Assembly (NCBI GenBank): GCA_030704615.1
Contig: CM060731.1
Span: forward strand, 59,086,001-59,150,000
DNA from: Takakia lepidozioides
Taxonomy: Eukaryota > Plantae > Bryophyta
DNA: 64,000 nucleotides
Direction: 5' to 3'
The translations under genes were made by a program, and so were the position numbers. Below are positions 28,858 through 39,313 of the stretch, in pieces (positions within the stretch are counted from its first letter, which is position 1; every line of letters begins with the position of its first letter). The notes under the pieces are model-generated. The model worked only from the letters and a program-made list of their open reading frames with translations. It was not told the DNA's origin and made no database searches.

Positions 28858-30367
28858 TGATTCCAAACTGATTCCCCTCCCCCCCCACCCCTCCCAATCC
28901 ACCCCCCGCGCTTCTATGTCCCGAACTTCACAGGAGCCTATCTCAGGCTCTAAATCTGTCGTAAAAATTGGGAGAATCCTTATAATAGCGCACTCCGTGA
29001 TCATAAACTTGCTCAACCTCGGCCTCACTCTCCCGCGCCTTGTGTTTCTAACAATCTGCGAGGCTATGGCAGTGTAGATCCTACCCTTGTCATCTTCCTC
29101 GCAGAGCGCAAGCGAGGAAATCTTGCGCAGAATATGTCGTTGCGCTCCCGCCCTACCTACCTACCTACCTGCAGTGTCAGTGGACTCGTATTCCAGGCAA
29201 GATCGTGACCGTCCGTAATACCATCATCTTTAAGTTCTTAGAATAGCCATTGATAAGCCACTCGCCATAAATACCAGTGGTGGGCGGTTCTTAGTTCTTA
29301 GCTTTTTCTAATGTCCGCCTAGTACTTGCCAAAGTAGCAAAGTATAGGAATTTAACAAGCCTCAAGATCCCGGTGATGGAGGCGGGCGAGCTCCGCGTTT
29401 CGCGGTGTGAGAGAGCCCAACGGTCTCTACGTCTCTCTCAATCGGCAAGCTCACCACGGATCCCCGGGATCGATTCGCCACCACAAAGGGAAGTTTTCTG
29501 CTTGCATTATTTCACAAGCCCTTCAAATTACTCTCCAAGTTTTTGAAGTGATTGTTGTTTTTCCTAAAAATCTCCTCTTTCATTATCGACCTTTGTGCGC
29601 ACCTCCCTCATCAATGGAATGGGCGGCAGCTCTGTAATAACAGCCGCCAAACTTAAACACTCCACATGCGACCATATCACCATGCAGACCACCGCTATGA
29701 TTCATCTGACAATGACTAACAGCCCATCAACGAGGGCAGCTACCGTGTGAGCACGCTCACGCTTAAAGTGGAAAACGTGAGCATAATCCCTAAAGCGTGA
29801 GCAGATTAGTGAATGGGAGCCTACAACCGAGGGAAGAAGAGGGCCTATTGCCGTGGAAAAAAACTACAATGCACGGACGCATGCACACCCCATCCAACGG
29901 GACAATCCAAGCTCCATGACGACCGTATGGTACGAATGTGCGATGAAAAAGCCGACGGATGAATGGTTTCAGGATGAATGAAAAGTAAAAATGATGAATG
30001 GTGGATGACTGTTGGATGAGAAATGAGCGAAATGGATGAACCATGACCTCAATTTTGTTTCACGTGGAGCAATTGCATCTCGAGTGTGTCCTGAATTTCA
30101 GATTTGTCGACTGATCCTGGCAGTACTTTCTTTGAGGGAACTTGAAGGAAACTGCTGAAGTTAGAAGGCAATTACATACATGAGTAAATTTGAGTTACCT
30201 ATGGACTCTTCTGATGGGGGTGGGGCTGCAGAGGAGGGAGGAGGATATGACATGAGAAGTGGAGGACAAAACCAAATCGCAGAAACATTTCTCCAAAAAC
30301 AATGAACCCAAAAAATTGAGTCCGAAAAAACATTGAAGGCGGTGTGTGTCCAGGTGCGGGGGGGGGG

Positions 30368-31056
30368 GTTTAAGGTGTCGTCACCTCATGTTGCCACAAA
30401 CATTTCATGGAAAATCCCAAAAAACCATAAAATTTGAATCCAACAAAACTACAAAACCGACACCTGTGCAGGTCGCGGCGATTAAGGTGTCGTCAACGAC
30501 ATCTTAAATCCCACCAGCTGCTGCCACATGTCTTTTCAGATTATGGCCCAAAAAAAGAAAAAACAGAAATCCAACAAAACTTTGAAGGCGGTGCGTGTGC
30601 AGGACGCGGCGATTAAGGTGTCGTCAACGACATCTTAATTCCCACAACCTGTTGCGATATGACAGTTCATGGAAAAACCCAAAAAACCAGAAAAAAATGA
30701 ATCCAGAAAAGCTTTGAAGGCGGTGCGTGTGCAGGGGGGATTAAGGTGTCGTCAACGACATCTTAATTCCAACAACCTCAACAGAATTTTGAAGGCGGTG
30801 CGTGTGCAGGTCGGGGGGATTAAGATGTCGTCAACGACATCTTAATTCCGACCACCTGAACAAAACTTTCACGGCGGTGCATGTGCAGGTTGGAGGAATT
30901 AAAGTGTCGTCAACGACATCTTATTTCCCACCACCTTTTGCGACATTTCAATTCATCCAAAAACCCAAATAACCCAAAAAATATGAATCCAACAAAGGTA
31001 CGAAGGCAGTGCGTGTGCAGGTGGGTGGATTAAGGTGTCGTCAACGACATCTTAAT
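30368..31056. repeat. Array of 6 full and 1 partial GATTAAGGTGTCGTCAACGACATCTTAAT palindromes, each preceded by a GAAGGCGGTGCGTGTGCAGG-like motif
   Basis: Units start near 30480, 30611, 30739, 30818, 30897 and 31028, with a partial unit at about 30369. Spacing alternates between about 80 and about 130 bp. Confidence 0.92.
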
Positions 31057-31159
31057 TGGAAAAACCACCAACCCCAAAACAAACAAACCGAAAACAGATT
31101 CAGCCAAAACAGAAATAGAACATGTTAAAAACATTACATTGAACAAAGTGGAGTCATTG

Positions 31160-33268
31160 TCAAAGAATCCAACTCCTTCTGAACACCTCACATTTCAGTA
31201 ATCCTCCCAACCAGTCTTCCAGTTCTTTGATTCCATCCAGATTGGCTGCCTCAGATGAGTACCACCATGCTCGAATAGTCTGGAACATAGAGTTGGCTTC
31301 CTGTTCGGAGGTGACATCTTTATACAGACGGCATAGTCTCATATGCTCCTCCCGCAACTCCAGTTTTATGGAACTCTTTGTGTGGCGTTGTAGGGACTGG
31401 CTCCAATGAAAGAGGCAAGTGCGTTCCCGGCCTTCCATTGGTACTTTGGGGTTGCCAGAACCAAAAACTGTACGGACAACATTCCAATTCGCTTGAGCGC
31501 TGTCAGCCATGAACCCAGCGAAGTTTGGATCTGGGACACCATGAGCTGTCACGACGTTAACAAGGGACTTCCACATAAGAATTTGTGACTCTGTGTTCTC
31601 CGACTGCATGTCACAAACAGCAACAGTCATCACTCTCTGGTATGCAGGATCGTATACATGACAGGCCATGGTCGTCCAGTCCTTCATACGTTTCACGTGA
31701 TCAAACATAACCCAGGATTTCTGAAGATCACCACCAGGCTGCATTCTTCGCACTAGACTAACTCCTGATCCTTCACCAACTGTGGACATCTTGACTAAGT
31801 ACACTTTCCTAGCACCTTGCCCCGGGAAAACACTATCCTGAATGAAGTCATATCGGCTTATACGCTTTAACTCCAGGATGCTATCCATAAAGCCTGTGTT
31901 GCCAGCACCCCCCCTTAGGACGTTGATTTGATTTCGCACATTTGGAGAACTCAATATTGAGAAATGGTCCAGAACATCGTCAAGGGAGGCAGTGTCAAAT
32001 TTAGTGGTGGACTCCGGCGATTCCCCCAACAAATACTTTTGTAGGAATCCTTTGCTGGCTGCCAGAGCAATGGCTGATGGCGATGCACCAGGAGCACTAT
32101 GAATTTCGTGTTGAAGCAGTGAACGGGCTGTATCAATTGTCTCTCTGCACTGTCCTCGGGACACCGGATATGCATGAATGCCGATATGGATACATGCCCT
32201 TGTGAGGTAACTGCAATTGTGAAGCACGTAGTACATACGTGCATTGCAATCTGCGATGCACTGTGGGACCAATTTACAGAACTTGCAAACAAGAGTACTA
32301 CTGCTTGCAGAAGCACAACCTACTTTGAAAGGGTTGTCGCTGACACCTTCCCATTCTGTCTCGTTTGCCAAACCGTCCATTTGGAAGTGCTGGCAAGATG
32401 CATTTGGACAACGAAGGTGTCCAACGCAAATCGATCTACGGAACTTCAAGCCATGCGGATTGCATATATTGGAAGTTTTCGTCCGGCACCATGGATGTCC
32501 ATCGTGCTTCTTGTCCATGCCCGCCATTCGTCCTGCCAATCCCCCAGAGGATGTCGCTGGTGGCAGCTCAAAAATGATATCACCGTTAAATTCATTGGGT
32601 ATGTATTTTTCTCTAACGATTCGCTGTGTATCCCAGTCAATGCCTCTCACATCACTCTTGCATCTTGGCAACCCCCTCAAGGACTGCAACTTCGGTATGA
32701 CACTTGCAATTTCTTGCACGTCGGGGTCCCCCAGCGGACATTGATTCGGAGGAGGTGGGAGCTCCGACACGTCCTCTTCTGAGCTATCGGAGATATCAAC
32801 AAATGTGGTGGAGGTTGTCTCTTCTCTTTTGATGGGCAGAGTTTTGGGCACCTGAGCCACCGAAGCTGCTGTTCCGGGCGTGACTATGGAACCTCCCGAC
32901 AGACGTCTTTGATCCCCATGAACACAATACTTTGCAAGTGGAACTCTCCACTCTCGCTGACCACCAAACAAATGTGGTTTCTGAACGCATGTGCCCTCGA
33001 CCTTACCCACTTTGTCATACACCTCTCTCACTACATGTACAGTCCCTGCCTCAAAGCGGAAGGTCACGCAAAGCAAGTCTTCTTGAACTACGGCGAGCCC
33101 ATTCACGTCGGCTACTGCACTCAGGTACTCCGCTTGCGCGTTGGAGTAGAAAACAGCGACGTCGGAGTTGAGAGACATTGCATGAACGAGCACGGGAGTG
33201 TGGGCAGTGGAGAGCAGGTGACAAGAGTACACCAGGAAGGCCGAATTCGTGGAACCACTTCCTGACAA
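31160..33268 (-). CDS. Mutator (MULE)-type DDE transposase with a GCM-like zinc-binding DNA-binding domain; C-terminus spliced or deleted
   Basis: GCM-like region DGHPW..TSN...RSICVGHLRC...C..C...C.ARMYY...HIGIH. MULE core VMFDHVKR, FMADSAQANW, CLFHWSQ (CxxH). The TNxAES motif is not visible in this copy. Confidence 0.8.
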   Translation of the reverse strand: MSGSGSTNSAFLVYSCHLLSTAHTPVLVHAMSLNSDVAVFYSNAQAEYLSAVADVNGLAVVQEDLLCVTFRFEAGTVHVVREVYDKVGKVEGTCVQKPHLFGGQREWRVPLAKYCVHGDQRRLSGGSIVTPGTAASVAQVPKTLPIKREETTSTTFVDISDSSEEDVSELPPPPNQCPLGDPDVQEIASVIPKLQSLRGLPRCKSDVRGIDWDTQRIVREKYIPNEFNGDIIFELPPATSSGGLAGRMAGMDKKHDGHPWCRTKTSNICNPHGLKFRRSICVGHLRCPNASCQHFQMDGLANETEWEGVSDNPFKVGCASASSSTLVCKFCKLVPQCIADCNARMYYVLHNCSYLTRACIHIGIHAYPVSRGQCRETIDTARSLLQHEIHSAPGASPSAIALAASKGFLQKYLLGESPESTTKFDTASLDDVLDHFSILSSPNVRNQINVLRGGAGNTGFMDSILELKRISRYDFIQDSVFPGQGARKVYLVKMSTVGEGSGVSLVRRMQPGGDLQKSWVMFDHVKRMKDWTTMACHVYDPAYQRVMTVAVCDMQSENTESQILMWKSLVNVVTAHGVPDPNFAGFMADSAQANWNVVRTVFGSGNPKVPMEGRERTCLFHWSQSLQRHTKSSIKLELREEHMRLCRLYKDVTSEQEANSMFQTIRAWWYSSEAANLDGIKELEDWLGGLLKCEVFRRSWIL

Positions 33269-34377
33269 TGTCTCAGTGGATCCACCGAGTGAAGGTGCTG
33301 AGGCAAATTATTTTCTTGCATGTTGTTTAGTAGCCGGCTTTGACTCTGACAGATACTGATGAATTTTATCCCATGAATGTCAGATCACAAACCGCCGGAC
33401 ACATGATTCTGACAGGCAAGAATTGCGGCCAACTTTGCTGATGCCACATCCTCAGTGACTGCGGTGTGGGTCGAACCCCTTATGTCTAAAATGGATACGT
33501 GACATGCCTATATTTAAGTGTCTTGCAAGGGCAATAGGTGTCGAGTTCTCTGCAAGACAGCCCGCAAGCATCCCGCCGAAAAACGAAAACCCCAATTATG
33601 AGCCGTTAAGTTTTTGGATGATTAGTCATTCCTTGAGAGGGAGGGATGAAAACCTAACCTCCATCGACTTTTGTCATTTGCCCGAGGGATGTCTTCGGAG
33701 GTTACATTCTGGCGTTCATCATTTCAGACTCGCCACACTAGAGCATCCCAAGAACGAGAGCGTTTCTGGAAAGAAGAGAGCGAGAAGGCAGTCTCTGTAC
33801 TTCACGTCTGCTAGGCAGAGGTTGAGAGCGAGAGAGAGGATGAAGAAAGCTAGGAGGGCTTTGAATTTGTCATAGGGAGGGAGCGATCGTGAGGGGGAGG
33901 GTTCTGTGGGTGAAGGGATGGAGAGTCTGGCAGGGAAGGAGCCCATTCTGGACAAGCAGCTCGAGGATCTGTTGGAGCTGCCTCTATTGCAACCGATACA
34001 GGAGGAGGAAGTCGAAAGGGAGAGCGGTGCTCTTGCGGAGGAGGAGGCAATGCAGCAAAGTCCGCAGAGGGGCCTGCCGACAAGGGGGCGGCCCTCCTCC
34101 ATGCAGCTGTCTTTGCGCCCGTTGAAGGAGAAGGCTCAAGCGGAAAGCAGCGTCAGGCAGGGAGAGGAGGACACTTCCAGCGGTGGACAGAGTTTGATCC
34201 AGGTGAGTTCAGCAGCACATTGGCTTTACATGACCTTGTTCCCTGATTCGAAGCGATAAGAAGACCAGTAACAAACATACATTTAAGTTGAAGATGACTT
34301 TGACGATTGCTCAAAACGGCATCGCATCATGTCCACCATTGCATTCGCAAGGGTTTCAAACAAGTCCAGAGCAAGGT

Positions 34378-34522
34378 GATTAAGCTATCGTTGACAACAG
34401 CTTAATCCGCCACCTCCGAGAGACAGAGCTCTTAGTTCTAGCGAGCCCAATGCTGTCGCTGTATGAGTGCAACAACCTGCAATATGTACATGATTAAGAT
34501 GGCGTTGATGACACCTTAATCT
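34378..34522. repeat. Two degenerate copies of the GATTAAG..CTTAATC palindrome in intron 1 of the ParB-MTase gene
   Basis: gattaagctatcgttgacaacagcttaatc and gattaagatggcgttgatgacaccttaatc. Confidence 0.85.
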
Positions 34523-34949
34523 GGGCCTACAATGCTTACCTTCATTATGTTTTTTGGTAGAGAAAGCGGAAGAAGGCTTGGGAGAGTCACCGTCCGATCT
34601 CATCTGTGGATCCTGCAGTTCAAGAGCAGACCATGCTAGAGAGGGTCATGTCGCTCAGGAGGAGGAGGTGCAAATAATGCAGTGCCCACGACAGGTCCCA
34701 GGCACTGAGGAGTAGGAGAAAAATACACAAGTGCCTCCGCAATCCGTGAAGGAAAAGAGCCAAGTGCAAGGCAGAAGACGTGCAATGGGGGGCGGGTCTT
34801 CCAGCGGAGGAACGAAGCCACATAAGGTTAGTTCATACATTCTTATCCATGGTCTTTGCAACAGAAAGGAGTTAGATTGAAGTGTCGATAACGCTACCTA
34901 AAAGGTCACCTTTGCGGGTAAAGGTTTACTTAAGAAGGTTAAAGTGAAA

Positions 34950-36068
34950 GAAGATTAAGGTGTCTTTGACGACACCTTAATCTGCCACTACGTTCTACCA
35001 AAAACAGGGAGAAAACACCCAAGAACTACAACAGATTAAGCTGTCGTTGACGACAGCTTAATCTGCCACTCCATTCAACTTCAAAAATGGGGAAATCACC
35101 TTGAAAAACAGCAGATTAAGATGTCGTTGACGACATCTTAATCTGCCTCCCCATTGAACCAAAATATGGGCAAAACACCCTAGAACTATAGCAGATTAAG
35201 GTGTCGTTGACGACATCTTAATCTACCAATGAATTGAACCCAAAACATGGGAAAAACAGTCTAGTACTAAAGCAAATTAAGGTGTCGTCAACGACACCCT
35301 AATCTGCCTTTGCAATCAAAACAAACATGGGAGAAACAGTCTACAACTACAGCAGATTAAGCTGTCGTCAACGACAGCTTAATCTGCCACTGCAGTCAAC
35401 CTCAAACATAGGGAAATCACTCTAGGAAAACAGCCGATTAAGCTGTCGTTGACGACATCTTAATCTGCTTCTACATTCAGTCCAATATATGACAAAAACA
35501 CCCTACAACTGTAGCACATTAAGATGTTGTTGACGACATCTTAATCTCCAATGATATGAACCCAAAACATCAGAAAATCAATCTGGAGCACACTAGAACT
35601 ATAGCAGATTAAGATGTCGTCAACGAGACCTTAATCTGCCACTGCATTGAACCTCAAACATGGGGAAATCACCCCTGAAAAACAGCCGATTAAGCTGTCA
35701 TTGACGACATCTTAATCTGCCAATGAATTCAACATAAAATATCCAGAAAACACCCTACAACTACAGCAGATTAAGGTGGCGTTGACGACATCTTAATGTG
35801 CTCCTGCATTCAATTCAAAACATAAGAAAATCACCCTACAACTGTAGTAGATTAAGATGTTGTTGACGATATCTTCATCTCCAATGAATTGAACCCAAAA
35901 CATGAGAAAATCACTCTGAAACACTGAAGCACTCTAAAACACTCTAGAACTACAACAGATTAAGATGTCGTCAACGACACCTTAATCTACAACTGCATTG
36001 ACCCTCAAACATTGGGAAATCACCCTGGAATAACAGCAAATTAAGATGTCGTTGACGACACCTTAATC
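34950..36068. repeat. Array of 14 palindromes, (GCA)GATTAAGNTGTCGT(TG/CA)ACGACANCTTAATC(TGC), period about 80-81 bp, inside predicted intron 34827-36108
   Basis: Unit starts near 34953, 35034, 35114, 35194, 35275, 35355, 35436, 35517, 35607, 35688, 35769, 35850, 35958 and 36039. The A/C-rich linkers are related to one another but more diverged than the palindrome. Confidence 0.95.
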
Positions 36069-38829
36069 GTGCCATGATTTGTGTGTCCTAACACATTGCA
36101 TTTTGCAGAAAAAGAGAAAGAAAGTCGGGGGAAGCCAGCCTGCAGAGGAAACAGTTGTTCTTGAAGACACGGACGTTGTTGTGGACACCAACTATGAAGC
36201 CAAGGTGCACTCTCTTATGTACACCACCAAGGTGAACTCGAGGAAAGTCATCAACTCCATGGAAGTGAAAGACGGCACTCTTTTCATTCCTCTGTGCCGG
36301 ATGATTTCTATGCCAGCACTTTGGCCTGCCCTTCACCACGACATCAAGAAGCTACAGGGGGATTTTATCCATGGGTACTTGAAGGGTTCGGCTGTGTTTT
36401 ACGTGTCACTGACTGATCTCCAGGGATCTGAGAGATTGGTTGACCTCGATGTAATGGACAGTTGGGACCCGCTTTGGAAAGAAGTGAATATGGAGTCTGA
36501 GATTGAGCTTTCACAGAACCCAGCACACATCCAGTACATGAACAAATGTTCTTTATCTGGGATGGCAACCACCGTTTGGTGCCCTGGATGGAGTACATCA
36601 GCAGGATGTATGCGGAGAACAAAGAGTGGCACTATCGGGTTCAGTCAATGGTCCTCGATCCGGAGGGGAAGTTCACGCAACTTCTAACTGCAATGCACGA
36701 TATCAACAAGTAAGAGTCTTGCCCACTTCTTGTCTCCAAATTCATTGTTCTATCAATCTTTAAACTTTGTCAACTGACCTGTTCGCATTGCAGGGGGACG
36801 AAAACATCCCATGTCACCACCAACATAGTCCATTCCTTGTTTCGTATGCAAAGCATAGGAGTGATGCTGTTGGAAACGTTTGCAAGTGTCTTGTCCCCGG
36901 ACACACTAAAAAAGTGCCAAACGATCAAGAAGAATGAGACTTGGTACAACCTGACAAGGGAGGTGTTTCTCGACTACTTGTACGCGGTGAGTTTATGTGC
37001 GGACTGCCATTCTTCTTGAATTATGGATATGTCATGTTTTTGCTTTGGTTTTGTTGACATGAGGGTAACATGGGTGTGTCACAGCAAGAAATAGCAGAAG
37101 CGGGAGAACGAGCCAAGCTGGAGTATTATGCCACTACAGATGAGGATGAGAGAACGGCAAACGGGGTCAAGGCAAAAATGATGGCGGACATGGATACGTG
37201 CAAGAAGAACCTCAAGAGCGTGTTCGACAAACACATTCGAATCGCTGACCCCGGATTGGGAAAGGGGTTTCTGGAGCAGGTTCGGATCCACTGGAACAAG
37301 CCCACTAAGCCAGAGATGACACAGGAAAAGCTCCACCGCCTTTCAATTTCTATGGTTGACCCTGCTCAGAAAGTGAGGTTGCTGGAAATCTAGAACTCGG
37401 ATCCGATCATCCGGGATACAAACAATTTCCCAAAACCAATGAAGGACCCTGAGACTGCCCAGGTGGTGACACCTGTCAGCGACCACGCATTCGACACTTG
37501 GTTGCACAAAGCGACCTTCTGGAGCCAGGGGGAGTTTCTAGGGCAGAAGGTATTTCCTATAACTTTCATTTGTCTTCGTCCGTGTTGTCGTTGAATACCC
37601 ATAGTTGCTGACATATTTCCATTGTTGTTGGTGCAGACCCATGTGTTCAAGGCCATTTGCCTGTCACGAATTCGGCCTGCCAACACTCCTGCTTATGTTG
37701 GGCGTTTCGACATTTGGGGAGGAGGTCTGCACATAGACCCAGATTGCGACCCAGTCGAATCTGATGTTGTTCACAACTATGTGGATGCGTCCCAGACTCT
37801 GAAAAAGACTGGAGGAATTCCATGGAGAGGTGCCCGGGAGAAGTCGCCCGCGTTCATGCAGACCTTCATTGAGACATGCAACCTGCATGGTGGCAAAGTG
37901 GTTGACCTCTCCATGGGCACTGGTGCATGCCAAAACTCTTCTTCATTCTTCGTTGCACATGTTCCTCTCCTGTTTTGGCTTCTGACATGGTTTCGTGCTT
38001 TCATTCGCTATCCTACAGGGGCTTCGTTCCATGCCTGCAAGTGTGCAGGAAGACATCTTTTTGGGTTTGAGGGGGACGAGGAGCTTTACTCTCGAGTCAT
38101 CGCTCCACTCTCTAAGGGATCCTTGCATTCGACCCAGACTGAGAAGATTGTTGAGGAGGAGGATCTGCAAGAGCCAGATGCTCTGGATGTGGATTCGGAT
38201 TTTTCATGTGAGTAAGTGCATGTTCTTTTGTGGCAACTCATAGACCCCATGACGGATCTTTTTGGTGCTCCTTTGTTTGGCTGCAGTTTGGCTTCCAGAG
38301 TATTTACCAATTTTACTCATTACTGTGTGGTTGCAGGAGTCCTATGACGCCACAGTTTCTGCCCTTCATTGCCAACCCGGATTTTTTTTCCAAGTCCTCC
38401 AGCACAATTTCATTTGCCAGCTTATGCGGAGGCTGCGGCTAAGGAGTATAGTCTGTTGGCATCTCCACCTTCTCTGCTACATGAAAGACATGGTTTTCAG
38501 CAGAGCAGGGCTAGCGTCTTTGTGGACAGTTCTGCCTTCGTCCTGAACAGTGCGTCCTGTAGCAGTGGATCTTCTTTGTCCGAATGAATCGATTCTTTTG
38601 AAGGGTTTGTTTAAAAACCAAGAGTTCACCTGTTTGCCTTCTTCATGATTGGATGTGATCCTCTCTATCAACGTTGTATAACTGGGAAAATGACATGTGG
38701 TCCTTCTCAATCAACAAAGTAATGTGGACTCAAAGTTTGCAATATACACTGCACCCGGCATAATTGATTATGGTTTCATGCATCTCCGAGCTTTTGGGAG
38801 CTACCACTACAAACAACTATCTAATCTTT

Positions 38830-38915
38830 CATTTATGTCATTCATCCACCTCTCATTCGTAACACAAAAATTCATCCGACATTCATCCCTCATTCATCCA
38901 AGCAACATCCATATC
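38830..38915 (-). repeat. Inverted GGATGAA (TTCATCC) tract
   Basis: Repeated ttcatcc motifs, the reverse complement of the tracts at 1066-1200 and 29957-30040. Confidence 0.6.
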
Positions 38916-39024
38916 CGACCTTCTTATACTGGCCACGAATATGTGTATTAAAGTACCTTCTAAGTCTATGTATATGACCATATTTATAACTACTTGAAAT
39001 GGTAGGAAAGAGAATGTAAGAAAA

Positions 39025-39313
39025 ATGTACCTTTCCTTGAATATCGTCCCGGTAGACTCTTTCCACCAAGGACATGTGGTAACATGCTCATGCTCTCCAT
39101 AGTGCAAGGTGTGATCACAAGGACATGCATGGATAATTTTGTAGCCAGACCCCACGTGTCTAAAACCTCTCTTGCCTCTTTTCTTGAACGTGGCATTTCA
39201 TGCTCCAAATGGGTCGGGGCAAGGATGTCCGCAATGGTGCACATGATCGCAAACATGCCAACGTTGTTTATACCAACTACTAAGATAAGATAAAGTTTGT
39301 GCAACTTAGACAA
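39025..39313 (-). pseudogene. CACTA (En/Spm) transposase N-terminal fragment
   Basis: MPRSRKEAREVL..GSGYKIIHACPCDHTL.Y.EHEHVTTCP resembles the conserved CACTA (L)GL.YEKIHACPNDCILY...CP.C segment. Confidence 0.7.

Larger units (their letters stand above)
33906..38587 (+). pseudogene. Spliced ParB/Srx-like plus beta-class DNA methyltransferase-like fusion gene (frameshift near 36545; catalytic-motif region deleted)
   Basis: Approximate exons 33906-34202, 34619-34826, 36109-36709, 36794-36986, 37085-37550, 37637-37922, 38019-38207 and 38338-38587. FFIWDGNHRL has DGNHR at 36561-36575. EKSPAFMQTFIETCNLHGGKVVDLSMGTGASFHACKCAGRHLFGFEGDEELY resembles N6_N4_Mtase motifs X-I-II-III. Confidence 0.75.
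29746..38920. mobile_element. Copy B: most complete Mutator-like element, with GCM-MULE transposase, divergent ParB-MTase gene and two palindrome arrays
   Basis: Left GCGTGAGC cluster and GGATGA tract, array at 30368-31056, minus-strand transposase, plus-strand ParB-MTase gene with an intronic array, and an inverted TTCATCC tract at the right. Termini and TSD are not resolved. Confidence 0.8.

Noticed and set aside
30056-30071. parS-like 16-mer TGTTTCACGTGGAGCA inside copy B
   Set aside because: It has two mismatches to TGTTTCACGTGAAACA, is a single copy built on a common G-box core, and was not seen in the other copies. Likely chance.
34950-36068. Bona fide CRISPR array
   Set aside because: The linkers are homologous to each other rather than unique spacers, no cas genes are present, and the context is a eukaryotic intron. 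Kept as a palindrome array.
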